A stretch of 63,895 bases of DNA, the filler included, from Phoronis australis (Eukaryota > Animalia > Phoronida): the NCBI GenBank assembly GCA_002633005.1. It is 8 parts of 8 records of this genome, joined end to end, with 100 filler letters (N's around TTAATTAATTAA, not from the genome) between each part and the next. Parts side by side here need not be neighbours in the genome. Positions count along the whole stretch, not along the records: positions 62,613 to 63,895 come from NMRA01000115.1; 7 more parts are not named here. The stretch is one strand, 5' to 3'. The notes beneath the pieces were generated by a model. The model searched no databases. It saw only the letters and a program-made list of their open reading frames with translations, and was not told the origin of the DNA. Shown one piece after another: positions 62,513 through 63,895 of the stretch. The first letter of the stretch is position 1; every line of letters begins with the position of its first letter. The position numbers and the translations under genes were made by a program.

Positions 62513-62612
62513 NNNNNNNNNNNNNNNNNNNNNNNNNNNNNNNNNNNNNNNNNNNNTTAATTAATTAANNNNNNNNNNNNNNNNNNNNNNNNNNNNNNNN
62601 NNNNNNNNNNNN
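62513..62612. other. Artificial scaffold linker
   Basis: N44-TTAATTAATTAA-N44. Confidence 0.97.
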
Positions 62613-62635
62613 ATATATATATATATATATATATA
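62613..62635. repeat. (AT)n microsatellite at contig edge
   Basis: Read directly. Confidence 0.9.
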
Positions 62636-63895
62636 CTAAGAGAACTATACAGATCCGGGGCATTTTTATATATGAGACCTTTACTGTGGGGTTGCAAAAA
62701 ATTGTGGGGTATATATAATGCCCCACAATTTCAGACCTATCAGAAACTGTTCTTTGGTATGCACAGTGTCTCCACGTGTATTCTCTCAACAACTTGGTTT
62801 CATAAGGACATCCTATATATAACTCTGATCAGGCCCTCCCAAAAGATGTCACTGTTAATGAGTGCCCTGCTCCAGACAGCCATATGTGACCTACATTGGT
62901 GCAGTGTTATGTAATGCCCATTAACTTAGTTGACCTTCCACTGCAACAAGCCTCTGAGGTTTTGATTTTAGTGTTATAGAGTTGGATTTGAACATCCGTT
63001 TCAGAGTTTGAGTTGAGACAGGTTTTACTTCGTTTTATCTGAAATGAGTATGTTTGAGTAGAAGATGGTACATTCAAGATCCAAGTCTATGATAAGTCTT
63101 TCAAATTTCTTAATATTTTGATTATTTAAGTTATTGCAAATTCATGTATTAGACTGGCATAATCATGGCTAACATGTATTTGGCAGGGTCCTACAAACTA
63201 TTTCTAATGCAGAAGATGCGGTCAAATACTTGCATCTGTCCCTCCTAAAAATATTTCAAAATCTAACCACCTCTTTATTATGAGCTGAAGAATCTCTTTT
63301 ACTATAAAAATTCCAAAGAGTTGTAGATTTCTTTGCTTTGTATCGCTGAGAATTATTGCACTTCGTAAGATTTTCCAGATTCACTGCGATATGGTACCTT
63401 TTCTAAGAGAACTCCTTACAATTAAATGGGTGCCCTTTCAATAGCGATTTTCCTACGAAATTCGTCAATTTTGTGGACTGGAACGCTACAAAAGGCGCTC
63501 TAAGATGGAATCCCTGTATCAAATGGATAAGCAATAACTATGCACATAACAAATTTTAATAAGAAGCATTTACACTAAAGCATATCGTGAGGCATTGAGT
63601 CAAATCACTCGTAAAACTTTTGCAGTTTGGTCTGGTTCAATCGTAAATGTCAAGCACAAACTTTTCCTTAAAGAATATTTTACACTTCAAACAAGTGTGA
63701 AAAATTAGCTACCAAAGGTATAGATATGCTGTGATGTTTGCCCAGTTCGTTAAATGTGAGTATCTTCTTAATGAAGCATGAAACAGTTCATGTTTTCACA
63801 TTGATTCAATGTGAGGGGTCTAGTATCAACCTTAGATCCTTTTCAACCCTTACATGAAGCCTTTGAAATCAGTGACTGAAAACCAAATCTCAAAC

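Overview
Repeat-rich, AT-rich animal genomic DNA (spliced genes; probably a marine bilaterian invertebrate). The window is not one locus. Seven artificial 100-nt linkers (N44-TTAATTAATTAA-N44) join eight scaffold pieces (1-12299, 12400-15857, 15958-41091, 41192-47276, 47377-50463, 50564-54432, 54533-62512, 62613-63895), and several single-N junctions flank duplicated haplotype segments. Host genes: the 3' part of a Toll-like receptor (LRRCT-TM-TIR, no intron in the visible part), six internal exons of a KLHL1/4/5-type BTB-BACK-kelch gene, and the last two exons of a C6orf62-like gene. Most of the rest is transposon-derived: a Kolobok-type element carrying a spliced P2X7-ballast-like (KolX-like) pseudogene, a multi-copy hAT-like MITE with 5-6 bp TSDs and an internal tRNA-like A/B-box cassette, non-autonomous Helentrons with internal satellite arrays, Harbinger-like and AcademH-like MITEs, a Penelope 3' end with a hammerhead-like motif, a decayed Ty3/Gypsy pol, and a Helentron-RepHel/P-transposase chimeric remnant. 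The most striking observation is that each ~145-bp monomer of the Helentron satellite carries a co-oriented CTCF-consensus-like motif. All homology calls come from motif recognition by eye; no searches were run.
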